Positions 10,113 through 19,007 of a stretch of 64,000 bases of DNA are shown here, in pieces. The stretch is from Spirochaetia bacterium (GTDB lineage: Bacteria > Spirochaetota > Spirochaetia > UBA9216), in assembly GCA_963675665.1 (NCBI GenBank), contig OY776510.1, forward strand, positions 4,544,001 to 4,608,000. Reading direction: 5' to 3'. Within the stretch, counting starts at the first letter, position 1; each line of letters opens with the position of its first letter. A program made the translations under genes and the position numbers. The notes beneath the pieces were generated by a model. It was not told the DNA's origin. It searched no databases and saw only the letters and a list, made by a program, of their open reading frames with translations.

Positions 10113-10919
10113 TTATTCCTGTTCCTCTGAGTAGAGCCAGTCCAGCGCATCATTTATTATATTGGACAAAAACAGCATCTGCACATTATCCTGCTGCTTT
10201 TCGCTCCACTTCATGAATGATTCCCTGGACATTTTATTCTTCAGTTCGTTGCGTCCGGGTTCAAGCACAGCATTAACCTGTTCCTCGCTGCCGAACGGCG
10301 AAAGCATATAAAGTGAAGTCAGCTGCAGGATCGGATCTTTTTTCAACCTGCTCAGCTCCGTCAGTATTCGGACCGGTTCATCAGTCTCTTTCAGAAGCAG
10401 CATTGCAAAACAGTAATTCCATCTAATCCAGCCCTCATCCGGCGTTCCCGCCGACAGGAATTCGCCGAAATACTTTTTCATCTTAACCGGATCACCTTCA
10501 AGCAGAACCGGGAGTCCAAGCTGCAGAGCCCATTCCCGGCGCATCCGCGGATTTTCACCGGACAGAAGTTCATCCACCTTACGGATCCCGTTTATATTCG
10601 AGGTTGCTATACAGGTGCTGATATAAAGACGCACATACATCTTCCTGAGTTTCTTTTTCTCAAAAAGATAATTCCCGAGAAGCTTTTTCAGTTCGGGCCA
10701 GTTTTCGGTTTCAAGATAACCTAAAATGCGTCGGTTCATGAAATACAGAGCATTTATAAAAATCAGCACGATAATAAATATAACGGCGATATACCAGCTG
10801 TCCAGCCAGAACTGCAGCCCGTATTCGTTCCCGAGCATGAAAACCGGCATCAAAAAGATCATCAAGAACGAAAAAACAATAAGAATGTTAAACGAAAGAA
10901 AAATTAACTTAAATTTCAA
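10113..10919 (-). CDS. Hypothetical membrane protein (2 N-terminal TM segments, helical C-terminus)
   Basis: 268-aa ORF, two hydrophobic segments, co-directional with and abutting alaA. Confidence 0.7.
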   Translation of the reverse strand: MKFKLIFLSFNILIVFSFLMIFLMPVFMLGNEYGLQFWLDSWYIAVIFIIVLIFINALYFMNRRILGYLETENWPELKKLLGNYLFEKKKLRKMYVRLYISTCIATSNINGIRKVDELLSGENPRMRREWALQLGLPVLLEGDPVKMKKYFGEFLSAGTPDEGWIRWNYCFAMLLLKETDEPVRILTELSRLKKDPILQLTSLYMLSPFGSEEQVNAVLEPGRNELKNKMSRESFMKWSEKQQDNVQMLFLSNIINDALDWLYSEEQE

Positions 10920-11021
10920 CTAAAAAACTCCAATAATATATAATGAAGAGGTATATTATATCCTGAGACCATTACCTTTTTGATATTACTTTAATATTAT
11001 AATGGGGTCAACGAGGAAGTC

Positions 11022-12179
11022 ATGAACGAATTGTCAATCGAAAATCTGCCGGACCAGGCCTTCAGCTCAGAGAACATATATCTGGATGATGAATACATCC
11101 TGCTGAGTCCTGATACTCCCATGCTCCCGGCGTTGAAACGCCGGCTTGCAGAATGGAATTTCAAATCGGTCATGGCAGAGGGTCACCCCGAATTTACCGA
11201 GATTATAAGCAGCGGCGCTGCGGTGGGCATGCTTCTTAAAAAGGGAACAGGCGAGTCCAAACAGGAGATAGAAGCCTCGGAGTTTTATAATTCGCTATGC
11301 GACTTTGTGGACAAGACGTTTCAACTCTTCCGGGAAGGCACCGAACCCAAGGTAAACCCGATATCGGATCAGGTTAAAAAATTGATCCAGATGACAAAAA
11401 CGCATAAAATCTACCTGCTGAACCTGGCCGAATATGAATCGGATGATATAGATTACAGCGTATCACAATCGGTTAAAACCGCGATACTCGCCATAGCAAT
11501 GAGCGATACGCTCAGGCTTCCGGCGCACAAACAGATAGAACTCGGGCTTGCGGCAATTCTCCACCGGATAGGCGCAATGCAGATACCGCAGGGGCTTTTT
11601 TATTCCGACCGTCCGCTGACCCCGGAAGAGAAGAAAAGCGTGACCCTTTTCCCTGTTCTCGGTTTCAAATCGCTTAAAGCGGCCAACTTCCCGTCATCCG
11701 TTGCGCTTGCCGTGCTTGAACACCGCGAAAATGTGGACGGCTCGGGTTATCCGCGGGGCTTCACAGGCGATAAAATAAGTCTTTACGGCAAACTTGTTTC
11801 AGTGGCCAGCGCATACTGCGCTACCGTATCCAAACGGCCGTTCAGGGACAACGTGGACGGGCATTCCGGTATGCTGGAGCTTATCAAGGAAAAAGGCCGC
11901 AAATACGATGAAAAGGTTTTAAGGGTGCTGCTTCTGACCCTCACGGTATACCCTATAGGCACCTATGTTAAGATGACCGACGGTTCAATCGGTATAGTTA
12001 ATGAAACAAACTCGGCAGAACCCAAATTCCCGGTTCTAAAGATGATTTTTGACTCCAGGCAGACGTTCTATGCCGACGCGCCCCTGTTTCATACAGCCGA
12101 AGATGACGATATACAGATAGCCCGCGCGCTGTCCAGATCTGAAGTAGAGGAACTCAGGGCAAAACTGCCTAACAACTGA
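11022..12179 (+). CDS. HD-GYP domain protein with degenerate active-site motifs
   Basis: LEHRENVDGSGYPRG and YPIG motifs; the HD position reads HR (AAILHRIG). Confidence 0.85.
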   Translation: MNELSIENLPDQAFSSENIYLDDEYILLSPDTPMLPALKRRLAEWNFKSVMAEGHPEFTEIISSGAAVGMLLKKGTGESKQEIEASEFYNSLCDFVDKTFQLFREGTEPKVNPISDQVKKLIQMTKTHKIYLLNLAEYESDDIDYSVSQSVKTAILAIAMSDTLRLPAHKQIELGLAAILHRIGAMQIPQGLFYSDRPLTPEEKKSVTLFPVLGFKSLKAANFPSSVALAVLEHRENVDGSGYPRGFTGDKISLYGKLVSVASAYCATVSKRPFRDNVDGHSGMLELIKEKGRKYDEKVLRVLLLTLTVYPIGTYVKMTDGSIGIVNETNSAEPKFPVLKMIFDSRQTFYADAPLFHTAEDDDIQIARALSRSEVEELRAKLPNN

Positions 12180-12254
12180 AAAAAACCGTTGACAGATTCA
12201 CGGCTTTTAATTAGCCTGTATCTTCCTGAAAACAATACCGAAGAGGTTTCATAA

Positions 12255-13205
12255 TTGTACGCAACCAGTTCTACATTTCCATCTACGGTTATCAGTGACG
12301 CCTTTGAAGCCGCAACCAACGGGATGCACAACCCCGAAGCGTTTGCCCGGCTTGAAAGTCTTGAAGCCGATCAAAACTGGAAAAACATCATTTACGCTAT
12401 TCGGGCCTTTTATAACCAGGATTTCGGACTGATGAACAACCTTCTGATCAGTGTTGACCCCGGCAGCGATGCGGGCCGGCTTGTCAGGGTGCTCCGTCAC
12501 ATGGCCGGAACGGAAGATTATTCCGGAAAATTGACAAAGAGCGAGGAAAGACTGGCCCTCCGTGTTACCGAGAACACCAGGTTTCTGAACAGTGCCGTCA
12601 GGCAGCTTAAGGAAAGTATCGATTACGGAGAAGAACTTTTCACTGAAACCGCATCTCTTTTAATCAAGGAAGTAAAACAGAAAACACCGGTTGCCGCAGG
12701 ACGCCTGGCGTTATGGAGTTTCAGGATCTGCATAGAGAAGGGATTCGATGATGAAGCGCTGGCTGATAACATACTGATGCTGTTCGGACAGGCGGAGGGT
12801 TTGAGGCTGATCGCCCTGTCGCTTATGGAAACGGAACCGGAATCGGCGCTTATATGTTTTACACGTTCGCTGATCAGGCGCATTATGGATAAGACAATAA
12901 ATAAAACCGACGCCGCGGCTTATATGGAAGTTATAGAAGCCCTTTTGACGGCCTGCGCCGAAAATGATCCGGTAATAATAGATATCAGCGAACTTCTGTC
13001 GATGCTCGAATCGGAACTGAACCTGTATTTCGGGTTCCCGTCAATCAGCATGGACACTTCTCCGGCGGCAAAAATCTCGGCAATGATAAAACATCTGACC
13101 ATTTCTTCAGACCCGGTCTACACTGAAGAACTTCAGGAACCGGAACCGGCCGAAGTGAAACTTGCCAGAGTTTCAAAAAATGCCGTACAGCTTGAATTAT
13201 TTTAA
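12255..13205 (+). CDS. Hypothetical protein
   Basis: 316-aa ORF (TTG start) with helical composition, ends QLELF. Confidence 0.7.
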   Translation: MYATSSTFPSTVISDAFEAATNGMHNPEAFARLESLEADQNWKNIIYAIRAFYNQDFGLMNNLLISVDPGSDAGRLVRVLRHMAGTEDYSGKLTKSEERLALRVTENTRFLNSAVRQLKESIDYGEELFTETASLLIKEVKQKTPVAAGRLALWSFRICIEKGFDDEALADNILMLFGQAEGLRLIALSLMETEPESALICFTRSLIRRIMDKTINKTDAAAYMEVIEALLTACAENDPVIIDISELLSMLESELNLYFGFPSISMDTSPAAKISAMIKHLTISSDPVYTEELQEPEPAEVKLARVSKNAVQLELF

Positions 13206-13221
13206 AAATACGCGGGGGAAT

Positions 13222-13410
13222 ATGACCTATAACAAACTTCTTGATTTATACAAAAACGGCAATTCAACATCAGATGAAGCAATATTAAAAATTCTTCAGC
13301 CCAAACCGCTTAAGGATGCCGGTGAACTTGAACAAATTGTATCTTCCAGGTTCAGATATACCGGACCCGGAAAATGGACCAGGATTATCAGGGAAAAAAC
13401 GGACAATTAA
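13222..13410 (+). CDS. Small hypothetical protein (62 aa)
   Basis: ATG at 13222 preceded by a GGGGGA RBS-like sequence, 16 nt after the previous stop. Confidence 0.45.
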   Translation: MTYNKLLDLYKNGNSTSDEAILKILQPKPLKDAGELEQIVSSRFRYTGPGKWTRIIREKTDN

Positions 13411-13416
13411 ATAACG

Positions 13417-13487
13417 GGAATCTTTAAAAACTGCAGTTTTTAGAGATTCCATAATACTCATGTCAAAATCAGTATTTTTTACATGAG
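13417..13487. repeat. Intergenic palindrome cluster (REP/MITE-like)
   Basis: 34-bp palindrome GGAATCTTTAAAAACTGCAGTTTTTAGAGATTCC (one mismatch), followed by a CTCATGT...ACATGAG inverted repeat. Confidence 0.7.
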
Positions 13488-13555
13488 CATTAAATTATTT
13501 AAAAAGCTATTGAAACCTGAGGTTCTCTAAGCAATAATTAATACCGGAGGCTGCA

Positions 13556-15217
13556 ATGAAAGATCTTAAAGTTCGCCTGGAAAACGGTGCAGAAATCCCC
13601 GTAAAATACGGCACGGATATCCTTACAATTCTCCGTGAAAACGGCCTGACTGATTCAAGCCGATACCCGGCGACAGCCGCTCTTGTTAACAACGAACTTG
13701 TCAGCTTAAGTTCCAGACTAAAAATCAATGCCGAACTCAAGCCTGTGTTTCTGAATTCGGCAACAGGCGCGCGCGTTTACCGTAAAACCCTCTCAATACT
13801 TTTATCGAAAACCTGCAGGGAACTTTACCCCGACAGAAGACTGATAATTGGACACTCGCTGAGCACCGGTTATTTCTGCTATTTCGACGGAATGCTGAAT
13901 GTAGAAGACCGGGAACTCGAAGAGATCCGAAACCATATGTCTGCGCTGATCAAACAGAACCTGAAAATAAATTACGAGAACATGTCCTACGCCGAAGCCT
14001 GTTCGCAACTGGATTCAAATACTTCGAAGAGCCTTATCCTGAAATACCGGAACGATCCGATCATTCCTATCTACCGCATCGGAGACGACTGGATCGATAT
14101 TGCATACGAACCGCTTTTGCCGGAAACCGGAATGCTCAGTAAATTTGAAATACTTGATTATGATCCGGGGTTTATGCTGCGTTTTCCGCATGCTGCAGCG
14201 CCTGAAAAAATTGTCAGGTTTGAAGACAACCACCTGCTGAAATCAATCTTCAATGAATATAAGGCCTGGGGTAAAATTCTGAATGTAGACTGTGCGGGAA
14301 AACTCAACAATATAGCAAACGGAACAGAAATAAAAGGTTTTATCAGGGTGGCTGAAGCGCTTCATGAGAAGAAACTGTCCAATATTGCCGATCTGATTGC
14401 AGAAAAACGCGAAAAGCTCAGGGTAATCCTGATTGCCGGACCGTCATCTTCCGGGAAAACAACCTTTACAAAAAAACTCGCTATTCATCTAAGGGTCCTC
14501 GGGTTTAATCCCCAGCTGATATCGCTTGACGATTATTACGTTGATCGCGAACTGACGCCTAAAGACGAATTCGGGGAATATAATTTTGAGGCGCTTGAAG
14601 CAATAGACATTGCCCAGCTCAATAACGATTTGCTGAAACTGTTTAACGGCGAAGAGGTTGAAATACCTTCGTTCAATTTTAAAACCGGGCTTCGTGAATA
14701 CCGCGGACATAAAATCAGAATGCGCAGCCGCAATATCCTTCTGATTGAGGGAATCCACGGATTGAACGACCGGCTGACCGCCCGAATCCCTTCAGAGCAG
14801 AAATTCAAGATATACATCTCGGCGCTTACCCAGCTTAACCTTGACGATAACAACCGCATAGCGACCACCGACAACAGGCTGATACGCCGGATAGTCCGTG
14901 ATTACCAGTTCAGGGGTTACGACGCGCTGAAAACACTCGGCATGTGGGAATCGGTAAAACGCGGCGAGAAAAAAAACATTTTCCCGTTCCAGAACAATGC
15001 CGATGCGGTATTCAATTCAGCGCTTGATTACGAACTCGCCGTACTGAAAAACCTGGCCATGCCGGTGTTGAAATCGGTCAAACCCTGGCATGAAGAATAC
15101 GCGGAAGCTGCAAGACTGATGTCGTTTCTGAATAATTTCATCAGTATTCAGACGAAATATGTTCCAATGAACTCTATTCTGCGTGAATTCATAGGCGATT
15201 CGGATTTCAAGTATTAA
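13556..15217 (+). CDS. Nucleoside (uridine) kinase with N-terminal TGS/ThrRS-like domains
   Basis: N-terminal ThrRS-like region (ALVNN..GARVYRKTL..GHSL), P-loop IAGPSSSGKTT, LDDYY, EGIHGLN. Confidence 0.85.
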   Translation: MKDLKVRLENGAEIPVKYGTDILTILRENGLTDSSRYPATAALVNNELVSLSSRLKINAELKPVFLNSATGARVYRKTLSILLSKTCRELYPDRRLIIGHSLSTGYFCYFDGMLNVEDRELEEIRNHMSALIKQNLKINYENMSYAEACSQLDSNTSKSLILKYRNDPIIPIYRIGDDWIDIAYEPLLPETGMLSKFEILDYDPGFMLRFPHAAAPEKIVRFEDNHLLKSIFNEYKAWGKILNVDCAGKLNNIANGTEIKGFIRVAEALHEKKLSNIADLIAEKREKLRVILIAGPSSSGKTTFTKKLAIHLRVLGFNPQLISLDDYYVDRELTPKDEFGEYNFEALEAIDIAQLNNDLLKLFNGEEVEIPSFNFKTGLREYRGHKIRMRSRNILLIEGIHGLNDRLTARIPSEQKFKIYISALTQLNLDDNNRIATTDNRLIRRIVRDYQFRGYDALKTLGMWESVKRGEKKNIFPFQNNADAVFNSALDYELAVLKNLAMPVLKSVKPWHEEYAEAARLMSFLNNFISIQTKYVPMNSILREFIGDSDFKY

Positions 15218-15321
15218 GGGATCAGACGGCACTGAGCAGGAAAGTCGCACAGCTATAGTGCAGAAGGCGAATACAACCGACAGTTTCGGACTCCGTTATA
15301 AGTTGTTCAGAATCAGAGCAT

Positions 15322-15537
15322 TTATTGATTCAGCAATTTCTGTGCTATTTCTATCTGCGACGGATAGAGATTAGCCGGCACTGCCTCTTTGCCGAGCTTC
15401 TGAAAAATAATATGCCTGGCACAGCTGTTAAAATCTCCAAGGCAATAATTTTTTTTCATCAGGTTTGCAGTTGCCGGTTTTTCATTCATCCTGTCGTTAA
15501 AAAACGGACAACCCTGAAGACATTCACATTCCGCCAT
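15322..15537 (-). CDS. Small Cys-rich hypothetical protein (71 aa)
   Basis: AGGAGG RBS before ATG 15537; C-x-C-x3-CPFF...YC...CAR pattern. Confidence 0.7.
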   Translation of the reverse strand: MAECECLQGCPFFNDRMNEKPATANLMKKNYCLGDFNSCARHIIFQKLGKEAVPANLYPSQIEIAQKLLNQ

Positions 15538-15634
15538 AAAAATCCTCCTGGAAAACATTAATAATATCCAAAACAGCTTTTAATCCGCTGTATATACAGA
15601 TCACCGTTTTGCCGTTATAAACCGTCCGTCGAAA

Positions 15635-16471
15635 TCAAGATTTTAGATATTCATCAAGAAACGTCCAGATGACATCATTCAGCAGAGGTTTTTTATGGAT
15701 CCATTCCGGAATAATAATAAGCCGGTTCGGCACGCCAAATTTATCAAGTTTTTCTTCAAGCATGAAGCCATGAACAGGCGGAACTACCTTATCGGCCTCA
15801 CCGTAAATCATCAACACCGGAGGGGTTCCCTCCGAGATATAATTTATCGGACTTGCAGTTTTATACATTTCGGGGAATTCTCCGGGGGGACCTCCAATAA
15901 AATCTGTTAAAACCTTCGGATCACTTTTTTTATTATAATGAAGCACAAGGTCAACAGGGGCTTCCATATCTACAACTGCCTGTATTGAAGGATTGTCGTT
16001 ATCCGAAAAAGCATGCATCATGGCAAGATGACCGCCGGTACACCACCCTATTATGCCGAAGCGCTTTGTATCAATTTTATACTTTCTTCGATTTTCGACA
16101 AGCCAGTCGGAAGCGTGCTGAATATCTTCCAACTGTGACGGGAACTGATAGACGGATTTACCATTTTCTTTAATACTTGTTTTTCGATGGTCGATTGTTA
16201 CAGCAGTATATCCATGACAGGCGGCTTGTTTAATACTATCAAAAAATTGGATTCTATTAGAATCCATATACCCCCATCCTGAACCCAGAATAAATATCAG
16301 AGCAGGATGTTTGCCGCCGCCGACAGGATAGGCAATGTCAAGGAATAATTCATAACCTTCACCGGCATAGAACATAACATTATTTTCAACTTTTATCTGT
16401 TCCGAATCGGTAGTTATGCATGACAGGAGCAGAACAAACTGAAAAAATGCCGTCATCAACATTTTCTTCAT
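15635..16471 (-). CDS. Alpha/beta hydrolase lipoprotein (BD-FAE/S9-like)
   Basis: Lipobox LLLSC; LDI..P, GWCTGGHLA elbow, ASPI.Y, PPVLMIYGEAD.VVP, C-terminal His. Confidence 0.8.
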   Translation of the reverse strand: MKKMLMTAFFQFVLLLSCITTDSEQIKVENNVMFYAGEGYELFLDIAYPVGGGKHPALIFILGSGWGYMDSNRIQFFDSIKQAACHGYTAVTIDHRKTSIKENGKSVYQFPSQLEDIQHASDWLVENRRKYKIDTKRFGIIGWCTGGHLAMMHAFSDNDNPSIQAVVDMEAPVDLVLHYNKKSDPKVLTDFIGGPPGEFPEMYKTASPINYISEGTPPVLMIYGEADKVVPPVHGFMLEEKLDKFGVPNRLIIIPEWIHKKPLLNDVIWTFLDEYLKS

Positions 16472-16668
16472 TTCTTTCTCCGCTGAAGGAAAAGAACACC
16501 CGCTGTATTATTAAATAGTTTTATTCAATTCCAAATTCATTATTAATTTAAAATTATAAAATAATTATACATCCGCTGCCGGATAATTTCAAATTAGTCT
16601 TTTACTCATATTGAACAGAAAAAGACACGGGCCCTTCCTCTGCCCGCCGAAATGCCTGTAAAAACATT

Positions 16669-18834
16669 TTAACCCGGTATCCAGTATTTTACCCCTTCAA
16701 GAACACCGTCCCCGTAAGGTTTTTCAGCAAAATAAACTGTTTTCTGTCTTTTCATTGACTCAAGTTCTTTTTCAAAATTGGAAACAACTATTCCCCGGAC
16801 CCTGCCCGCCAGCATGTCCCTGTCATTTCCTGAATTACCCGCAGTAATGATATGCGCACGATCGATCTGCCACTTGCCTGAAAGATAAGAAACAGCCTTG
16901 CCCTTTGACGCCCTTGCCGGAAGGATGTCAATATACGCCTCATGTGAATGTATCAGCGTGTAGGCAAGTTTGTTCTGCGATAACGCGTTATGTATAAGAG
17001 GGATCATTTCATCAGCATTATCATGTTCATCAAGTATATAGCTGATCTTGAAGTCTCTTTGGGCCCTGTCGGTCCGCTGCAGAGAAAGAAATGGAAGCGA
17101 ACCAAGGGTTTCCCTGATCTGTTCGGGTTTCCACCTTCTGCTGATATGGGATTGCCAACCCCTGTCCTGACGGAGATCTGAACCGTAATAAATTTCAGTG
17201 CCGACGGAAGTTATATAAACATCTACATCGCTGAAACCCCGTGCATTCAGGACCTCTCTCGCGGAGACAACATCGCGGCCTGTTGCGACTCCGAAGCCCA
17301 GGCTTTCCCGGTTGTCTTCGATGTATCCGCGGACCCGCTCAGCCGCTTCGTCATCACCCAGCAGGGTATCGTCAATATCGACGATAAGAAGGTTGTCCAT
17401 GCGGCTGATTCGTTTTCCGACATTCTCAAGACTGCTTTTCCAGTTTGCCCCGGGAATGGAAATTCCGTACGGCATAGTCTCAAGTTCATTAAGATAGGTA
17501 TTGCAATGCTGTTCCCAGGTATAAACCTGTCTGGTTTTGTTGGCCCCGTTTTCCGACAACCTGTTCCACAGCGAATGATCAGTAATAATCTTCTTTATAG
17601 CTTCTGCAATGGATTCCGGATTGTCAATATCCACAAGGAGCCCGCTCTGACAATTCCGCTCGATATCAACGGGACCTCCTTTTTTTGTGGCTACAAAAGG
17701 CAGCCCCGATGCCGAAGCTTCAATAAATGTTAGCCCGAAGGTTTCCAGATAAGAAGCGCTGACAAACACTCCTCTTTTTAATGCAGTGATACGGTAAAGT
17801 TCAGGAACATCGCTGTTTGCATCATGATATTTGGGAATTGCCATCTTTCCGTAAAGATCATATTTATCCATCGCCAAAAGGATATCGGTAAGGACCTGCT
17901 GTTCCCCCTCTTCCATCTCGGTAATGTCATCGCGTATTCCGGCAAATATGGCCAGATTGGCCATGGCCTGCAGCTCTTTATCCTTCCCATATACATCTAT
18001 CAGAACATCAATATTCTTGCGGGCATCAGGTCTGCAGAGAGTAAGAATAAGAGGTTTATCCGTCTCAAAATGAAAACGCCTTAATTCATTCTGGATTCTG
18101 ATGTGGGCCTGTTTGGTCTGCTCGCTTATAATGCTCCCCGGGACCTCATAATGGTAGTAGGGAAAAAATGTATCGAGCATAATTCCAGGCGGGATTATCT
18201 TAAAAACGGGCTTTGATTTATTTTCATAATATCCGTATAGATCTTCTTTTTCATAATTCGTACTGGCAATAACAAGATCGGCCCGTTTCAGTATTTCTTC
18301 CTCAACATCTATCCGCGTTCCGATATTGAAGACGGAATCGGCTTTTTCTTCACTCCACCCGGTTGAGGTCAGGAATGCCAGTTTGTTACGCCCGAGAGAA
18401 TGCGCGGTAAAAACAAAAGGTATACCGAAGGTTTCGGCAATCTGCATGGCCACATAACCGCCGTCCGCGTAATGACCATGGACCGCGTCCGGGATTCTGT
18501 TCTGTGCCCTTATAAAAGCTATCAGGTTATCTGTAAATTCTTCAAGATTTCCCCAGAGCTTTTCTTTACGAAGATACTTGTTTCCGCCGCAGGGAAGCCT
18601 GACTATTCGCGCTTTTTCATTAATAGCCTCAATTCTTTGTCCGTAAATACTGCTTACAATTTTGTCCTTTATCTGTCTTGTTACCAGATCGATTTTGCTG
18701 ACTGCCGCCATTTTCGACAGGTTCAGGGTAAGATCCACAATATACCGGGTTTGCCCTCCCGTGTCCGCATCCCGGCCGAATTCTACATTATTCGCCCTCA
18801 CTAATCCGTGAATGTTAATCATCATTATATACAT
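16669..18834 (-). CDS. Sucrose-phosphate synthase fused to HAD-IIB sucrose-phosphate phosphatase (GT4 + S6PP)
   Basis: IHGLVR..GRDADTGGQ.RY, HGHYAD, TAHSLG, RPD.RKN, E.FGLT..EA; C-terminal DIDDTL, ATGR, ASKG, GND. Confidence 0.9.
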   Translation of the reverse strand: MYIMMINIHGLVRANNVEFGRDADTGGQTRYIVDLTLNLSKMAAVSKIDLVTRQIKDKIVSSIYGQRIEAINEKARIVRLPCGGNKYLRKEKLWGNLEEFTDNLIAFIRAQNRIPDAVHGHYADGGYVAMQIAETFGIPFVFTAHSLGRNKLAFLTSTGWSEEKADSVFNIGTRIDVEEEILKRADLVIASTNYEKEDLYGYYENKSKPVFKIIPPGIMLDTFFPYYHYEVPGSIISEQTKQAHIRIQNELRRFHFETDKPLILTLCRPDARKNIDVLIDVYGKDKELQAMANLAIFAGIRDDITEMEEGEQQVLTDILLAMDKYDLYGKMAIPKYHDANSDVPELYRITALKRGVFVSASYLETFGLTFIEASASGLPFVATKKGGPVDIERNCQSGLLVDIDNPESIAEAIKKIITDHSLWNRLSENGANKTRQVYTWEQHCNTYLNELETMPYGISIPGANWKSSLENVGKRISRMDNLLIVDIDDTLLGDDEAAERVRGYIEDNRESLGFGVATGRDVVSAREVLNARGFSDVDVYITSVGTEIYYGSDLRQDRGWQSHISRRWKPEQIRETLGSLPFLSLQRTDRAQRDFKISYILDEHDNADEMIPLIHNALSQNKLAYTLIHSHEAYIDILPARASKGKAVSYLSGKWQIDRAHIITAGNSGNDRDMLAGRVRGIVVSNFEKELESMKRQKTVYFAEKPYGDGVLEGVKYWIPG

Positions 18835-18934
18835 ATTCTTTAGTCTACTAAATATTTCAATTTACCGCAAACCGTTCCGGACTCTCATATCAGGCAGTTT
18901 TTCCTGATATTATGGTTTTTTTCGCAAATTTTGA

Positions 18935-19001
18935 TTGAATCAGCAAAAAAGATCATCTAACATATATTTAGAACACTAATATTTCGGGGGGGGGGGGGGG
19001 G
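18935..19001 (+). promoter_or_regulatory. Putative promoter and G16 homopolymer at the RBS of the GH32 gene
   Basis: TTGAAT-N17-TAACAT (18935-18963); 16 consecutive G at 18986-19001, ending 6 nt before ATG 19008. Confidence 0.6.
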
Positions 19002-19007
19002 CATTGT

